Shown one piece after another: positions 62,401 to 64,000 of a stretch of DNA of 64,000 nucleotides (positions are counted from its first letter, which is position 1; every line of letters starts with the position of its first letter). The notes below the pieces were generated by a model, which made no database searches, was not told the origin of the DNA, and saw only the letters and a program-made list of their open reading frames with translations. The translations under genes were made by a program, and so were the position numbers. Source of the DNA: Heteronotia binoei (lineage: Eukaryota). The DNA lies in NCBI RefSeq assembly GCF_032191835.1, contig NC_083237.1:22320001-22384000 (forward strand). Reading direction: 5' to 3'.

Positions 62401-63802
62401 CTAGTTGGGAAGGTCGTCCACGGCAGCTGACGGGGGCTCCTCTCCCTCTCCGCTGAGCAAGACCAGCTGGATGGCCTTGGGGACGTTTTCAAAGAGAGCG
62501 GCCCGGTTCTGCTGCTCGCCCTTCTTGACCCAGTGTCCGTAGATGCGGAAGGCGCAGGCATCGATCAGTTTGCGCACCCCCTTGAGCCCGTAAGGGTCGG
62601 ACATCAGCAGCTCCTTGGTGACCGGCCGCACCCGTCGGTAGTTGGAGAATATGCGGATGGAGGCCCTGACCGTCCACGCGGCCACCTGCCATGGAGAGAG
62701 GAGGGAATAATCTCAAGCAACAAGTAGCACAAGCGGCTTCTTAAGTGGGAAGCAAACAAATGCTGGAAAGCTGGATGGGGGAAAAGCGGTCTCTCTTCAT
62801 GCTCTTCTCCTTTCTGTCCCCTCCCAACATACAGATACGCCCCTGTCTCAAGAAGTGTTACGTGCTCAGAACAGACACCAGTCTGGTTCAATTGTGAGAG
62901 CATAGGAGAAGAGAAAAGGGGAGGGGAGAAAGAGCTCTACAGCGTTCAGAAAACCAGTAGGATTTAATTAATTTAACTAATGGTTACTCTTCAATTAAAT
63001 CTGTATGGGAAATGCATGCAAAACCACCAACAGGAAAGATTTCCATTTTCTGTAGAAGATGAAAGTTCCAGCCAACAAGAGCAGGGAGAGACAGAAGACA
63101 GCACTGGAGCCAAGACAAAGGCTGGGAGATAAATGCAGGGATGTTGGGCAGTAGGAGAAAACAACCCTACAAGAGTTCATCCTTTTGCAGAAGGGCTGAA
63201 TCAGAGCAGTGACTGGCAGAGTCCAATAGATAATGGATCTGAGGGTGGGGCAAAGTAAATAAATAAAAAGGAGAGGCTTACTCTGAATTTGTGGAAGGGG
63301 CTGAAGTGCTGGAGCTCACGGCTGCCGCAGCGCTGGAAGAACGAGTGCTGGAGCGCCTGCTCAGCGGTCAAGCGTTGCACTGGGTCCACTTGCAACAATC
63401 GAGAGATCTGGAAGAGACAAGTTAGGAGGTGCTGGGGGGAACAGAGGCAGGCTGTGGGTTAGGCAAATGTCATTACAAAGGGTGGCTTGGCCAAAGAGAT
63501 CTGCAATTACTTTCTGAGCCTTTTCACTGAATTCCAGTCACAAGGATTTGGCTTTCCTGGATGGGGGTGAGGTGGACACGACCACATACACAGTGCCCTA
63601 GGTACTGCAGCAGGTAAGATAAGCTGGGATTCACGTGTATCATCTTACCAGGTCCTTGACTGTATCGGACCGGTCATCCCATTCCGGAGAACCAAACTGG
63701 TACTGCCCCTCCATGATCATCCGAAGCATCAGCATTTGCTTGCGGTGCCAGAAAGGGGGGGAGCCAGCCAGGAGGGTAAAGAAGATGACTCCGCAGGCCC
63801 AG
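62401..63802 (-). CDS. PHKG2: Phosphorylase kinase catalytic subunit gamma 2, last three coding exons (gene continues beyond the window)
   Basis: Exons 63802-63649 ([51 protein letters not shown]), 63407-63282, 62685-62401 ([21 protein letters not shown], calmodulin-binding tail, stop TAG). The position next to CFAP119 and RNF40 favours PHKG2 over PHKG1. Confidence 0.92.
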
Positions 63803-64000
63803 CTGGGATGTGGGGAGAAGAGAAAGGTCTCTTACATTCAAAAAACAGTTGAGAGAGCGGCAGCAGCCTGATGAGCACTGCATACAACTTTGACAGTTTT
63901 TTAGAATCTCAACTGTTTCAGAATTTGGTGGGGGGGGGGTTGTTTTGTTTTTTAAGAAGATGCCCCTTCTGAATAACGTCATGCTGTCAGCATTCTGGCT

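Noticed and set aside
61672-62430. 252-aa plus-strand ORF
   Set aside because: Antisense to the PHKG2 3' UTR, non-ATG start, GC-rich, no motif.

Overview
Vertebrate genomic DNA from a squamate reptile, probably a gecko (inferred from the SINE and MITE families). The window holds five intron-containing genes, whose exons I reconstructed by hand from splice sites and reading-frame continuity: SLC5A2/SGLT2 (+, 15 coding exons, 682 aa), RUSF1/C16orf58 (-, 14 coding exons, 448 aa), RNF40/BRE1B (-, 19 coding exons, 1034 aa), CFAP119/CCDC189 (+, about 264 aa, start exon tentative) and the last three coding exons of PHKG2 (-). RNF40 and CFAP119 share a bidirectional CpG promoter. Introns and intergenic DNA are packed with non-autonomous hAT MITEs (many with intact 8-bp TSDs), Sauria SINEs, tRNA- and 5S-derived SINEs, CR1/L2/L1 remnants and Penelope-like fold-back elements. 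There is one assembly gap (4822-4995). I found no convincing wholly new gene system. The best leads are: a ~700-bp Penelope-like fold-back carrying two hammerhead-ribozyme relics; a gene order that differs from human 16p11.2 by one apparent inversion; introns apparently lost in human; MITE insertions that displace 3' splice signals or form long intronic inverted pairs; and a CpG-rich promoter-like segment inside RNF40. Comparisons with human are from memory and need database confirmation.
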